Below, piece after piece: positions 24,630 through 38,253 of a stretch of DNA of 64,000 bases; position 1 is the stretch's first letter, and the number at the start of each line of letters is the position of its first letter. The translations under genes were made by a program, and so were the position numbers. The stretch is from Macrostomum lignano (Eukaryota). The DNA is taken from positions 310,001 to 374,000 of the forward strand of contig NIVC01000822.1 in assembly GCA_002269645.1 (NCBI GenBank). Direction: 5' to 3'. The notes beneath the pieces are model-generated. The model was not told the DNA's origin and did no database searches. It was given only the letters and a program-made list of their open reading frames with translations.

Positions 24630-24983
24630 AATCGATTAGAGAAAAAATGGCTTAACCGATTTTCATGAGACTTGCACTCACTGAAGGCTCACTACGATCA
24701 ACTTCGAGTCTGTGAAGGTTCCTGAGACGCAAAAGAGCTCTGAAAGTTGAAAATACTGCTCCTGAACCCAGTGAAGCTGCTACTGGATGCGATGACGATC
24801 GAGTGGTTCCATCTTTGCGAGACAGTTGGACCAAAGAAGATGGAGAACCCACAGCAGCCAAGCACTGAGGCTGGAGGCCCGCCAAGGTCATCGCCCAGGC
24901 GGAGCGAGCGCTGGGCACTGAAGCCTCGCATGTTTTATCGTACCTGAGTTCAGACCGTGCACCGCCCTGCAGAAGAGGGAGGA

Positions 24984-25139
24984 TGTTGTGGGTGAAACAA
25001 AAGTTCCTCATAGACATTTATTTACGTGCCTGCGCAAATGTTAAATGAAGAGGTCGAACGGACCAAACTAGAAAAGAAAAAAGAATAAAATGAATTAAGA
25101 GCTGAGCTCAGCGTCAATGAGCCATGGATACGAGCTACA
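24984..25139 (+). mobile_element. Putative short LTR (TGT...CA, about 156 bp)
   Basis: Preceded by polypurine tract AGAAGAGGGAGGA; contains AATAAA; ends TACA. Confidence 0.55.
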
Positions 25140-25159
25140 TTGAAGGCTTAAAGACAAAA

Positions 25160-25576
25160 TACAACAGCGGCAAGATGAATCATCTGGCCAAGGCTTGCTT
25201 CAGCGGCCGCTCAAAGATCAACGCACTGCAGCCAGAGCAAGATCAGCCAGCCGACCAGTCGGTGAGCGAAGTGTTCTGCACCCTCAGCGCCAAGGACGAC
25301 GGAGCCAAATTCAGCATCGGCATCAACGGACAGGAAATCCGCACCCTAATTGACAGTGGGGCAAGCTGCAACGTTCTGGACAACGCGACGTTCCGCAGAG
25401 TATGCCGCCGTAGTGGCACGCCGCTGACACCGTCCAACACCAAAGTCTTCGTACTCGGCGCCAGCGAACCGCTGGAGGTGGCGGGCCAGATCCAGCTACC
25501 AGTCAGCGCAAACCGCCACGAGTTGGAGGCCACCTTTATCATCATCAAGAGCAGCTGCACTCTGATACTCGGCTAA
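25160..25576 (+). mobile_element. Gypsy gag zinc-knuckle/aspartic protease fragment
   Basis: 'GKMNHLAKACFS' and 'LIDSGASCN'. Confidence 0.75.
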
Positions 25577-27869
25577 GTCATCAGAAGTGAAAATACCATG
25601 TTTCAGGCGCGTCGTCACCGGGGGGGGGGAGGACATGTCTCCCCAGTAGAAGCTATGGGATGACATGCCAATGCTTCCACCCATCCCACCTTGTGACTCG
25701 TGGTAATCAATAATTTTTCTTCAGGGCGTCAAAACATAGCACCTTCGGCGCCAAAAAGAGTGCCTGCGATGCCAAAAAGGATGCCTGCGGCCAAAATTAG
25801 TGCGGACAAAACGATTCTCAAAATAATGGAAATGTAGGAATTTTGTCATGTACATGTACAATATTGAATTCTTGCTTTGGTCTCCCCTCCCATTTTTTTA
25901 GCTCACTAAAAATGAGTGAGCTATTTATTAAAAAATATTGGATGGAGCCAGAGTTGATTAGCTCCAAAACATTTTCTGCATTAGAATTTTCTGAAAGAGT
26001 CTCTGGTTCGAGAACAAAAAAGTTCATTAATACGTAGCTAATGGTTTATTGTCCTAATGTGACAAGGTACATACATGTAAAATTCTGACAATAATTTTTA
26101 CAAAGGCAGCCTTAAGAAGATATAAAACTGAAAAAATGAATACGATGCGATTATATTATTTTTGTAATGAGTATTGCTAAAAATCAGGATGAATCTTGGC
26201 TTGATTCTAAGGCCGCAATTTAATAAATTTATTTAAAATAAAAAGCAAATACCAATGAGGAGTAGCTTTATAGAGGCTGTACGATTATGGGGGTGACGTT
26301 GCTGTGGTCGGCGTCTCACTGTCTGCGGCTGTTGTGATCCGTTCTCAACATCCGCTGACCATGATCGCGCGAGCTGCCTAGATGTGAATGATCTCTACCT
26401 TCATGTGGCAGGCGTCTGAGGCTGTTGTCTTCGACGCCTCGGCGTCATAGAGAGCCACGGATTCCATGTAGTTATGGTAAAGTCGTTTCAAGCATGTCCG
26501 CATCTTGTCCCCAGTCGCGTCCAGTGAGACAGCGAAGGGCGTTGAGGTGGGACTGCATACAAGCGTAGCTTTTGCATGTAATTCCTAGTCATCGCTGCGT
26601 GGTGGTGGATGATGATTCATGAGTATATGTAGACCACCCAGGAGGCGCGGCTCTCTTCGCAGGTTGCAATGTCCTTGCCAAAGTAGATTGTGGCCGGTCA
26701 CGCTTGTCATTAACGTCGCGGGGTTATCAAGCGAGAGTGGTACGAAAAGACAGTCTTTAGCAGTGTCATGGGTCTCAACTTTCCAAAAGTTTGAGACCAT
26801 CGCACCAGCCAATCTAGCTGCTGCCATTTGAAAAAGTGGTTCCTTGCAGGTTTGCAGTATGGTCGCGTGATAAAAGGACCCAGAGGGGATTTCGGGAGTT
26901 TGCTGCACTTTTCGGCAGTGTTATGATCTGCTGAAAGTCTCCACTATGTGACTATATGTAATCCGCTATGTACAAGTAATATCATAAAAAGCTTAGATTA
27001 TGGTAGCTGCGAGTAGTTGGGTCTAAGGCTACTGTTATATTGCACCAACCGAAGGACGTCGCTCTGAGATGGTCTGATAAAGCAAGGCTAAGCTTTCTTG
27101 AAACATTTAAGTCGCGGAACCTGCCAATGTTAACAATAATAATTTCCAATAGATAATTTAACACACCATGTAGTTCGCTGCCTCCAATCGAAGCTATGAT
27201 AAAATGACTGAGAAATCGCTTTCCTCACAGATGTGCGTTAAATATTAAGGACTGATTAATTGGCCTAAGATCAATAATTAAACTTATAATAGGCGAGAAT
27301 ATATTAATTCCTACACAGACAGAGCTATACATTGAAAAAAGTTGTCAATCACAAAACTAATTAACAAAAACATACATTAGGTACTCGGCCTCCTGCGCCC
27401 TTACCATCACAGTCTGTTAGAGTACGGCGAATTATTAGACTCGACACTAAACTATCAGATTAATACTTCGACATTGTAGACTGCTCAAGTTCCTATATTC
27501 AGAGTTTTATAGACTATCTATATAACCTACACTATCCTATGTGTTTTAGACTGGTATACTAACGCACGAGACCGGCGCATGAGCCAGTACATGTACGATC
27601 GAACTGGGCCGACAAGAGCAAAAGCATGTTCGCGACGTTTGCATTCGGTGCTCGCGATATTTATACCAAAATTCCCGGTGAAGTAAAACAAACTTAATGC
27701 ATGTATTCGTAATTAACTTATCCCATATTAGTGTAGTGACTGGCTGCTAACTGGTTATTCAGCAGCATTCACTAGCTTTCCCTAAGAGTGCTGTGGTCCG
27801 CTGCACAGTAGCTCAGTCCACCTGATCTAGTGAGAGAGATACCCTGTGCTGGGCCTAAGTGTTTACTGC

Positions 27870-28260
27870 CCGATGACTCATCGCCTGAGCAGGCGTGGGC
27901 AGCCACACTCAATGTTTTCCCACTCGCGCTGAGGAGGCGTAGCAGGATGACTCATCACCTGCGCGGAGTGTAATGGCTGCCCAGAGGGAGTAAACAGGAT
28001 GACTCATCCGCCCAAGTTCTATTTTTAGCACAGAAAAGCACGTGACTGTGCACGCACACTTTGCGTGGCCACTGACCTTGAGTCACGCCAATGCTGCGTG
28101 ACAGAGTTGCCTTATTTGGAAGTTGGCCTTGAATCCCGCGTCGCTCGCATGATTTTAGTGACCAAATAAGGAAGTTTCACGCGCTCACCGCATGAAACTC
28201 ACGTGACTTCTGGGGGTCCGCTCGGCTATAAATACGGAGCATCTGCGAGCCATTTTTCTC
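27870..28260 (+). promoter_or_regulatory. Pol II promoter-like cluster: 4 AP-1 sites, 2 CArG boxes with abutting ETS cores, CCAAT, E-box, TATA, Inr-like site
   Basis: GATGACTCATC at 27872, 27946 and 27998; TGAGTCA 28079; CCTTATTTGG 28110; CCAAATAAGG 28162, each followed by GGAAGT; CACGTG near 28200; TATAAATA 28227; CATTT 28251. Confidence 0.55.
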
Positions 28261-28695
28261 CAGATCGCGTCGTCCTGCCTGGGCTCGACCGGAGCTGCCT
28301 CTCTGCCTCCGAGCTCTCCTCTCTCATTTCAGGTTTTCAGGTTTTCAGGTTCGAGCAGCATTTTACTAAGACGATCGACTGTCGGGACATTTTTCAGATT
28401 TGCCTTTGCTCCGAGCGACTTCGTTATTTTATTTCAGGTGACGGATAGACAACTCTGCCGACGCGTCGAGTCCGCACACCAAGGTGGCAGCAACCCTACC
28501 AAGTCAAGGCTAACGTTTTAGGTTCATTTTCAGGCAAATCGATAGGTAGTACAACGGTGCTATCTAAGCTACTTCAGGAGCAGCGGGTTCTATTTCTAGG
28601 AACATCTTCAAGAACCCGAGAAGGAGTAGTACTTCATTAGTAATCGTCGCTTGTGCACAAGTTTCCAGTGAATTATTAGGCGAATTATTAATTAA

Positions 28696-29201
28696 CTAGC
28701 TGTTGAAACCTGCAGATTTTGAACCCGGGGAATTCCAATCCCCGGAACTATTTTTGCATGTATTTTGAAATCCAAGGCCATACACAACAAAAACTTGTTA
28801 ATAGTTAGTAGAGTAGAGGTAAATATAAAGTGGAGTACATTCGTGTAAAATTTGGATTTGAGGCAAACAGTGATATTGTTGGCTGGGGTGCTGCGCAGAA
28901 TGTGAGGCAATGTCGGTCTGACTCTGAACATGTAATTGACAAACTCTGGCCTCTGCCTCTGACTCTCCCTACGTACCTTGGATCCTTTGAAACTTATATC
29001 TTCTCTTCTGTTTCCTCTCTTCTCTCTCGTCTGCTATCTCATCTCTCCTTTCTCCTCTTTTATCTCTTCTCTTTTCTCTCTGCTCTCTACTCTCTCTTCT
29101 CTCCCCTCTTCTCATTCCTCACTCTCCCCTCTCTCAACACTTCCATCTTCTCTCCTCTCTCCTCTACTCTATCTCATCTCTCCTCTCTACTCTTACCTCT
29201 C

Positions 29202-29232
<31 letters not shown>

Positions 29233-29750
29233 CTCTCTCTCACACACACACTCTCTCTCTCCCATTTCTATTCTCCTCTCTCTTCTCATCTCTGTAAGAT
29301 CTTTTCTCTTATCTCTCCTCGTTCTATCTAAACTCCCATCTCCCGTCTGTTCACTCTCGTCTTTGCTGCCTCATCCCCCTCTTTCATCTGTCATCTTCTC
29401 TGATCTCTCATTTCTCATCTCTCCTTGCACCTCTCTCATCTCTACAACCTTTGAGATGTAGAGATGTATTTTGATCTCTTCTCTCTTCCCTTTAATCTCT
29501 CATCTCTCCTTTCACCTCTTTCCTCTCTCCTCTCTGCTCCTCTCTCCTTTCTCCTCTCATCTGCAGCTCTCTGCTCTCTAATCTCTACTCTCTTCTCTCT
29601 CTTCTCTACTCGCTCCTCTCTACTCTCTCCTCTCTAATCTTATCTCTCTCATCTCGCTTCTCCTCTCTCCCCTCTTCTCCCCCTTTCTCTCTCATCGACC
29701 TCACCCCTCGTCTTATCCCTTATTATCCTTTATCGCCTCTCCTCTCTTTT
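28696..29750 (-). mobile_element. Helitron-like non-autonomous element with internal CT-rich degenerate microsatellite (copy 1)
   Basis: Minus-strand CTAG|T terminus at 28696 with hairpin CCGGGGA/TCCCCGG; the ~250 bp head is homologous to 35287-35520. The right-hand end is not defined. Confidence 0.5.
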
Positions 29751-31227
29751 CGAAAAAGGACAGATTTTTCATTTTTTATGTATACATATTTAATTACCAT
29801 TTACGATACTACGTTATATCTTAGGAGCACTACCACAACTACAGAATACACAGAGACTGTGACCACAACTCTTTTCTGATCTGGACTAATGAAAAAACTA
29901 AAAAAACTAATTTGACCAATAAAGTGATTAGTAACGTTTTTTTTTCAATAGTAGTCAATAGTATTATTAATATATTCTAGTACTGTTATTATTATTATTA
30001 CCAAAATAATTGTCAATATACATCGACGACCTACTATAAGAGCACGGATGACACTGTTAATTAATATCCCTCGAGCAAGGGAAACTTCACATAAAACTTA
30101 GCACGTTACACCACTCCGATACGAAAGTAAATATACTTTATTAGTTCGACAATAAGGGTTACTGCACCAAAGCAGTCATGAAAGTTAATAAAGTAGTTAT
30201 AGTCAATGACGAGATTAGCGGATTAAGTGGATGCAGTTACATGGATTAGCAATTTATTAGCTCGCTCACAGAATAAAAAAAACATTTGACAGGCTCAATT
30301 ACAAAGTGTGACAAACCAAATAATTTCATTCACTACGGCAGCAAGGTCCGGTTGTCACTGCACTGCAGAGTCTGTCGCTCGGCCAGGACCCTAGGTAGCG
30401 CAATCGCTGGTGGTGCAACCTTTGGCAGCGGTATCTCTTCCTGAATCTGCGCAGCCGACGTTGGTATCACGGCCCACAGCCGCTGGATTCGCTCGACTGA
30501 TGCTTCTGCTATAGGCGAGATCCGGAAAGACCCGGGTCGACCCATGGACTCCGTCGTCTGGTTTGCCGACGGGTTTCCTGACGACGTCCGCTTGGCCTCT
30601 TTCGACGCCTCTGCCTTCAAGTGTCGATTAACTATTCTGATCTTGCTCTTCTGCATCCAAGTCTATAGATTTATGTCAGTTTCACCTATGCTAGCATCTA
30701 GAGCCTGAGTATCCATTGTCCCTGTCTCTTAGGAGGAATGAGTGTAAGATTATTCAGATGAGCGAAGATTGTTTTACCAACGTACCACTCTCGTCTTGTC
30801 TCTAGGAGACAATTGTGATAATTGTTTTCAAGTTTCTAATTGAGACGCTCAACAAGTCCTGGAAAGCAACACAGATCGGAAAAGAATGAATCGAAGCCTT
30901 CGGTTCATGCCTCGGTTTACTCTCATTACCAGTCTGATGTATGCACGCACAAGGCGCTGCTAGCAGCTGGCACTTCCATTCTCTCAGTCGAAAGCACTTT
31001 ACAAGTCCGTGGCGGAACTTTAGAATAACAGAGATAGGGACACAGGTCGTTTTTCAGGACAAGAGTACCTTCCGGGAACTTTAATTTAGTGTCTGACAAT
31101 AACGGAGTGCGAACTGCATGCCTAGAACATTCTCGGTGTCTTGTTTGCACAACAGGAACTTAATTCAACTCAACACGGAGATCCCCGATTTGCACAAATG
31201 CTTCGGCCTCGCCGAACAACGGAATAT

Positions 31228-32745
31228 CTACGTCATTAAAGGACAGGACCTTTTCGAAACTCGGGCGAATTCCTCTACGGTTCTCGCCAACAAAAATCCC
31301 CCCCAAGCATTTCTAGTCAAAACCTTCTTGGTTGAAGCAGTATCAAGTAAAAAGCATGTATTAACTCCGTCGACCTTAGGGTAAAAATAAGGATCTGCCG
31401 CTGTCCTAGGTCGCTCGAAGAACAATCTAGTTTCATATGTTTATGTTGTAAAGAATTATTATTGTTAATTAACATTGTGAGGTTCCGCAACTTATCAAGA
31501 AAGCTTAGCCTTTCTCTATCAGACCATCTCAGGGCGACGTCCTTCGATTGGGTTAACATGCATAACAGTATAGCATTAGACCCAACTACTCGCAGCTACC
31601 ATAATCTAAGTTATTTAGGATATTTGTCACCGGAAATAGCGCTAATTGTTAATTAGTACCCTTAAGAGTTCGGTGACATTTAGCCGACCGTTAGATTACT
31701 GCCAGACGCTGAGTCAACATCGTTAAGAGTCCAGAGACGATTAGCCCAAATTCAAACAAAGAGCTGGTGAATCATAGTGTGATAGTTTGATCCAATTAAA
31801 TTTTAGAGTTCTGGAGAGCCAATTTTAAGTATTTGTCCAAATTGCATATTCTCCGGATGCTACTCGTTAGTAGCAACTCTAGGCACTCGGTGATTTCTTC
31901 CAGCTTTTCCTGTTCAACCTTCTGTTCTTGTTCTTCCTCACTCTTGGCTACTCTTATACCTAAATTCTTACGGGAAATGTTCCAGGCTGCTTTCATCCTC
32001 CATGAGCATCCTTCTGGCCTCTTGCAGATTAGCTGGTTGAGCAAAGATGAGCTTCTTATGGGTCTCAGATAGAATTCTCACACCCTGGATGAACTGTTTC
32101 ACGATCTCTTCTTCGCGCTGCTCCATATAGTCATGTTCGGGAAAGCTCACGAAGCTAGCTCAATTGGACAGTCAGTGTATGACTCCAGTGACTCGTTTAA
32201 TTCCGCCTTGCATTCGACCTCTGAATTCTGCTGAACTACGTGGTCCATGCTGCCAACGTTCCACTGGGAGGTCATCTGGGATCGAGGTTTAGACGCTGAA
32301 CTGCTGCAAACGCAGTAGCCATGCAGGTTGCGAGAAGCTCTTGCTTCTGGTGATCTTCTTCAATACCTTCAGCTTCACAGCGCTGGTCAAACGCGGTCAG
32401 CCAGACCCTGGTGTCTTGGCCAGGCGTGAACTTCTCTGAATTTTCACATACATTTACATCCTTTGAGGTCATAATTTGAAGTCTGTTTCGTTGTTCTTCA
32501 GCTAGCACAGCAATCGCATCATTAGCGTTGGCCATATCTTATTTCCTATGTCCCAGTTTCTCTAATTACACAGTCATCCTCTCGCTAATCCATCGAATTC
32601 TCACCGTTTCTCTGATGAGATCTATCGGATTTGTGCCGCTTCCTGATCTGTCAAAGTTCTGCCGTTTCTCAGAGCCTTCACGCTGCCACAAAAGTTGTCG
32701 TAGAGGTTGCCTCTGTCCTCTAAAATTCCACTAATGCCACCAAGC
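31228..32745 (-). mobile_element. Degenerate LTR retrotransposon gag-protease region
   Basis: 'KFTPGQDTRVWLTAFDQRCEA', 'IVKQFIQG', protease-like 'FLLDTAST'; TGGTGGCA PBS-like sequence near 32740; 31460-31620 has an inverted homologue at 26990-27160. Confidence 0.6.
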
Positions 32746-32898
32746 TGCGCTAGGGCGAATATCTTCTGTGGGAGGGGGCAGCTCGAGAGCTTTTAAATCT
32801 TTTAAATCTTTTAAATCCTAAAAACTAAAGCCAGTAATTGCTGAAAGGCTGATTCGAAGCTGATCAGAACGAGTGGTTTTCTCATCGCCCAGATCGCG

Positions 32899-33094
32899 TC
32901 TATATTATACTAAAATTTCCGTTCGTTTAAAAGAAAGAAATAAGTTACGAAAATATCTTACAAGATACGTGTATCAAAACGAAGTGTTTTTTCTTAGAAA
33001 CGCGCAGATTTGAACTTGCATAGAAAGTTGGATTTTCTGGTAAAAATGATAAAAAAACCTGTAAAAAAAGAAGGCCCTTCTGGCCTTCCACTAA
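32899..33094 (+). mobile_element. Short Helitron-like element
   Basis: 5' TCTATATTATACTAAAA; 3' hairpin GAAGGCC-CTTCT-GGCCTTC followed by CACTAA|T. Confidence 0.45.
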
Positions 33095-34259
33095 TAATAT
33101 ACCTTAGTGCGTCCAAACAATTCATAGACACCCCTCATATCTCTGCATCTGTTCGATTGGTTTTGATAAACCATTAGCCTACAGAAAAATGATCTATATG
33201 TAATGAATTCAATGCTTAAGTTTGAGCTAAATCGGGTTGACATAGCAAAAGCAATCAATCGTTTACTGAGAAACCTATAATCGTATAAATTAGAAATACA
33301 ATCTTTAACTCAACAAAACTTTAACTTTGAGAAACAGATCACCAATCGTGAAAATCTTCAAAGTTATCGCCATTCTGTCGAATGAACTTGTCAATGGTTA
33401 GGCCCTATGGTATCGGCTTGCAATGTTGCAACTCTTTAATCCACGCTGACCACATGTCCTTAGGTGTCGCTTTGATCAGCCCCTCAGCAGCCGCAGCAGA
33501 TCGGGGAAGCTGGCGAACTGCTTGCCTATTGGACTCATCTTGCACGATGGATCTGCTCTTGAACTTGTCTCCTAGACCAGAGTTTGAGATGAAATTGCCT
33601 CATTTGTTGTAAGCAGACTTAGTATTGGCGATAGGCCTAGGCCTACTTCTGCTCAAGAATGTGCCAGCCATTCTTGAACCACATGAAGTTGGTTCTGCAT
33701 CAGCATCTGTAACTGCTGTTGGTTTTACACATTGTCTTATGGCATAAGTCCATTTTCATTCATTTATACTGCTTGTTTTACTGCTTCATTTTTTGGCTCT
33801 TTTTTTATCTATACCTTATCTATACCTATGGCTAAACCTTCACAGCTTGCAAGTAATTATTAATCAGTATCCAGCAATGCCAAAAGTAGTGATGTGTTTT
33901 CTAATTAATTTTTCTAAAAATTAGCAGCAATTTCCCCACTTGGGTCTAGCTAGATTTGATTTTGATATTCTTCAAAAAACAAAAATCATACTGATAATTT
34001 TGTGGGTTCCTCAGTAAATGAATGATTGCTTCTATTCTGTCAACCTAATTAGGCCTAAAATGAAAAATTAGGCCTAGCACAAAATTTAATTGTACTACAT
34101 ATAGCTATAGGCCAATATAGCCCCCTATGTAATATTAATAGGCCTATAATTTTTTATCAAAATTTGTAAAAGTAATAGGCCTACGTCTAAGTCTATTAAG
34201 TCTATGTATTTTGTGCTATTTGTCTATTTGTTTATCAGTCTGTTTGTCATTGATTTAGC

Positions 34260-34636
34260 TAGAGATCGGGCGGGATTGGGATTGGGAATGATTTTTTCTC
34301 AGGATCAGGATTGGGATTCAAGAATTGGGATCAGGTCTTTTAGTGTATTGTCCATGTAAAGACAGTTAAACAAAATTGAGAAAAGATTGTCAAGATCAAG
34401 AAGTAAAACACAACAAAATTGATATGAGTTTTTGTAACCAACAAAGTAAATAATGTAACGAGTACAAGTTAAAGCAAAATACTTTCAAGTAATCACTAAT
34501 TCTATAAATTTTTAATCAAAAGACCTGTTCCCAAATCTCAAGTTTTTTAGGGTCGGGATTCTGGTCCCATGGGAATTCAATTTTCTTTGGGATCCCAAGA
34601 TTTTGGGATCAGGATCGGGATCCCGTCTGACCTCTA
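34260..34636. mobile_element. hAT-type MITE (377 bp)
   Basis: Imperfect TIRs TAGAGATCGGGCGGGAT / ATCCCGTCTGACCTCTA; exact 8-bp TSD GATTTAGC at 34252-34259 and 34637-34644. Confidence 0.8.
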
Positions 34637-35286
34637 GATTTAGCTAGGTATTGACCATTTTGGTAAAAGACCACTTGGACAAAGGCCACTTTGGCAAAAG
34701 ACAATTTTGGAGAATCCATTTTGACAAATGAAATGACTACTTTGGCAAAGCCTGTGGAACTTAACGAAGCATTTTTAACAAAACAAGACCATGGAATGCT
34801 TACTAGCACGAGATTTTCTCTGGCAGAGAAATTAATCTTTGCTTCTTGGAATACTGAGTTCATCTACTAATGAGATTCTAAGATTATCTCTACATTCTAA
34901 GATTATTGCTGCAATAATCTTAATAAAACCTAATGCACTTTTAAGTAAATTGTAAAGGGATTTTGTATGACATAATTGCCATATTTTGGGAGAAAATGCT
35001 AATTGATAGAGTATATTGTAAGACTATCAAATGAAGCTTTTTTGTAGCCTGCTTGGCAACATGTGTTGACTCTATATGATGGGATGCCATGCCATAGCGC
35101 ATAAAAATGTACAAAATTAACCATGCTGTTTTGGCTTAGACTTACTCATAGGCTTATTGAAGGAATTTGGCCTAATGAAAAATCTATGCAATGAAATATA
35201 CATTATGCTTCTTTGCACAAGAATTTTCTTATATATGTACCATGGAAAGGATACCATAGTAGAGGAAGATTTGGTATATATATATA

Positions 35287-37030
35287 CAAGCTGTTGAAAC
35301 CCGTAGATTTTGAACCCGGGGAACTCCATTCCCTGGAATTATTTTTGCATGTATTCTAAAATCTGAGGTAAAACTCAAACAAAAACTTGTTCCCTTGTTA
35401 ATAGCTAGGATAGAGTTAAACATAAAATAGTGTACATTCATGTAAAATTAGGATTTGAGGCAAACATTGATATTGTTGCCTGGGGTGCTGCGCAGAATGT
35501 CTGGCAAACTCTGGCCTCTATGTACCTCTGCCTCTCCCTATGTCCTTTGCATCCTTTGAAACTTCCATCTTCTTTTCTGTTTCCTATCTTCTCTCTCGTC
35601 TCTTCTCTCTCTCCCCTCTTATCTCTTCTTTCTTCTCTCCTCTCTCGTCTCCTCTCTCGTCTCTTCCCTCTCCCCTCTATTCTTTTCTCTCTCTTCTCCT
35701 CTCTTCGCTCTGGTCTCTGGTCTCTCATATCTCATTTCTTCTGTTTTATCTTTTCTCATTTCTCTCTGCTCTCTACTCTCTCTTCCCTCTGCTCTCTGCT
35801 TTCTCTTCCCTCACCTCTCTTCTCACTCCTTACTATACCCTCTCTCAACACTTTCCTTATCTCTACTCTCTCCTTTTTCCTCTCTTCTCTCAACTCTTTC
35901 CTCTCCTCTGTCCACTCTTTCCTCTCATCTCTCTGCTCTCTCCTATCCTATCTCTCTTCTCTCTCTTCTCTCCCCTCTTTCCTCTCCTCTCTCGTCCTTT
36001 TCACCAATTTCCCCTGTCCTCTCTATTCTCTCCCCCTCCTCTCTCCTCACTCACTTCTCATCTCTCCCTTGTCTCCACCTCTCATTCCTTATTTCTTATC
36101 TCTCCTCTTTTCTCTCTACTCTCCCATCTCTCGTCTGTTCACTCTCGTTTCTGCTCTCTCATCTCCCCTCTCTTATCTGTCATCCTTACTCTCATATGTT
36201 ATCTCACCTCTCTTCCCTTGTACTCCTCTCTTTCCCCTTTTTGACTCAGGAGGACTCGATCCTTTCTTCTTTCTTCTCGTCTCGTCTCTTCTCTCTTCTA
36301 TACTTTCTCCCTCTCTTGTCTTCTCTCTTCTTTCTCACTCTCCTCTCTCCTCTCTTATATCGTCTTTTCACTCTCATCGTTGCTCTCTCATTCCCCTCTC
36401 TCTTCTGTCATCTCTACTCTCCTCTCTACTGTGCACTCTTCTCTTTCCCCTCTTCTGACTCCTCTCTTTCCTTACTCCTCTCTTCTCTTCCCTCTTCTAT
36501 ACTCTCTCCCCTCTATTCTCTTTTATCGTCTCTCCGCACTCTGCTCTCTCTTCCTTCATCTCTTATCTCTACTTTACTCTCTCATATTTCCTTTCATCTC
36601 ACTCATCTCTACAATCTTATCTCTTTCCTCTCTCCTCCTCTTCCCTTTACTCTATCATCTCTCCTTTGTCCTCTCTTCTTTCTCAACTCTCTCTCTCATC
36701 TCTATCTTCTCTCTTCTCTCTCGTCTCTCCCCCTCTTATCTCCTCTCCTCTATCCTTTCTAATCCCCCCTCTCGATACTCTCATCTCCTCGTTGTTCTCT
36801 CATCTCACTCTTCTCTACTCTCCTCTCTCATCGATCCTCTGTCTCATCTCTCCCCTCTTCTCTCCATCTTCTCACCTCTACTATTTCCTCTCCCTTCTCT
36901 CTCCCCTCCTCTCGCTTCTTCGTCCCATATTCTCTGCTCTCTCCTCAACCTCCTCGTATGTCTCTCCTGTTATCTTCTATCTTTTCTTTTATCCCCTCTT
37001 GCCCCTCCTCCCTTTCTAATAGTCTATTCC
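35287..37030 (-). mobile_element. Helitron-like element with 1.5 kb CT-rich tract (copy 2)
   Basis: Head homologous to 28696-28940, hairpin CCGGGGAA/TTCCCTGG; long degenerate (CT)/(CTCCT)-type tract. Confidence 0.5.
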
Positions 37031-37719
37031 TTTTCTTTTTCACTCTCATCTGGCCCATAGCCATGAGTTGGATTCTTTATCTGGCCTTTGAGATAAAAAT
37101 CTGCCGATCCCTGCTTCGAAAGCCAGTTTGTGGGACGTTGTACTATCATGGTTGTTATCATTTCTCATGCTTTAATCACGTCATCTTTCTGGTCAATTAG
37201 CAGCCCTGAGAGAAATTTGTATATCTCCAGCTCCACCACCATAGTCTGCAGCAGTCTAACAACCATGGAAATACGCATTTCTTAGGAGGCCATTTAAATT
37301 TCAAAGTACCTTATGCGAATCTTAATGTTAAAATTTTCATGGTGTAACTAATTTAGTAGGATTGCATTGTAATCAGTTATTCATTATTTTTTCGATATTT
37401 TTGCAAACCATCCCACATCGCCTTGATTTGCCATCCTTGTTTAACTGCTGCAGACTTGTCTATTCAGAGGACAGTGGTTTGAAATTGAATCTCTCGCTAA
37501 ACTCTCTCCTCTCCACACCTCTCCACTTGCGGGGGTACAGAGAAGGCTATTAAAAAGTTATTCCAAAACACTATACATTCGCTATGTACATTGAGCCCTA
37601 TCGCCTGATCCTTCGTCTAGGGGAATGAGTTGGATGAGCGGCAAACAACAGAAAAAGCAGACAGACTTCACATGCCTACAGTTTCTGTTCTGATTGAGAT
37701 GCAGAGTTGAGACTTTACA

Positions 37720-38253
37720 ATTAGACAGAGAATAAGTCAATAAAGAATTGTGTCAAATTTGAAGTTAATCGCTTCACGTGGAGCAAACTTATAGCAGCCG
37801 AAAGTTAGTCATTTTAAAACCTATTTACACCCTTTGTCCAGATCGGGAAAGAGAGGCAGGTGGGCGGAGGTTAGGGTGGCTGCCTCGCTGAAAAAAACAG
37901 CCAAACTTTAAAAGTGCACAGTGCCATTCAGGATTAACTTTAAGACTCAAAATTTTACACGATTGTGTCAAAATAGTTGAAGATTGAGTGTGTCAAATTT
38001 GAAGAGAATTGGTGGAAGTGGAGCGGCGCTATGGAGGATTTAGTGAAAAAATCGCGCATTTTGAGCAGTTTTTTGCACTTTTAGGTGGGAAGACTACAAT
38101 TTAGGAAAGTTTAAGGTAGCCTATGACACTTTCCATAGTGAATTTAGGGTGGGTGCAAAATTTGGTGTAATTTGGTTGAGCGGTTTGGGAGTCTATAGCG
38201 AAGTAATTTGTATACAGACAGACACACAGAGTTTTGATTTTTATAGTTAGAGA
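37720..38253 (-). mobile_element. Helitron-like non-autonomous element
   Basis: Minus-strand start A|TCTCTAACTATAAAAATC followed by a (TGTC)n stretch, typical of small Helitron derivatives; the other end is approximate. Confidence 0.4.

Noticed and set aside
33380-33700. Possible LINE 3' coding remnant on the minus strand
   Set aside because: No diagnostic motif recognised.
34645-34760. Short ~15-bp tandem units (CCA(C/T)TTTGG..AAAG) resembling subterminal repeats of a DNA transposon
   Set aside because: No matching opposite terminus or TSD found.
35430-37060. Leu/Ser-rich ORFs in CT tracts (also 28830-29331, 54121-55350, 59975-60696)
   Set aside because: Low-complexity translation artefacts.
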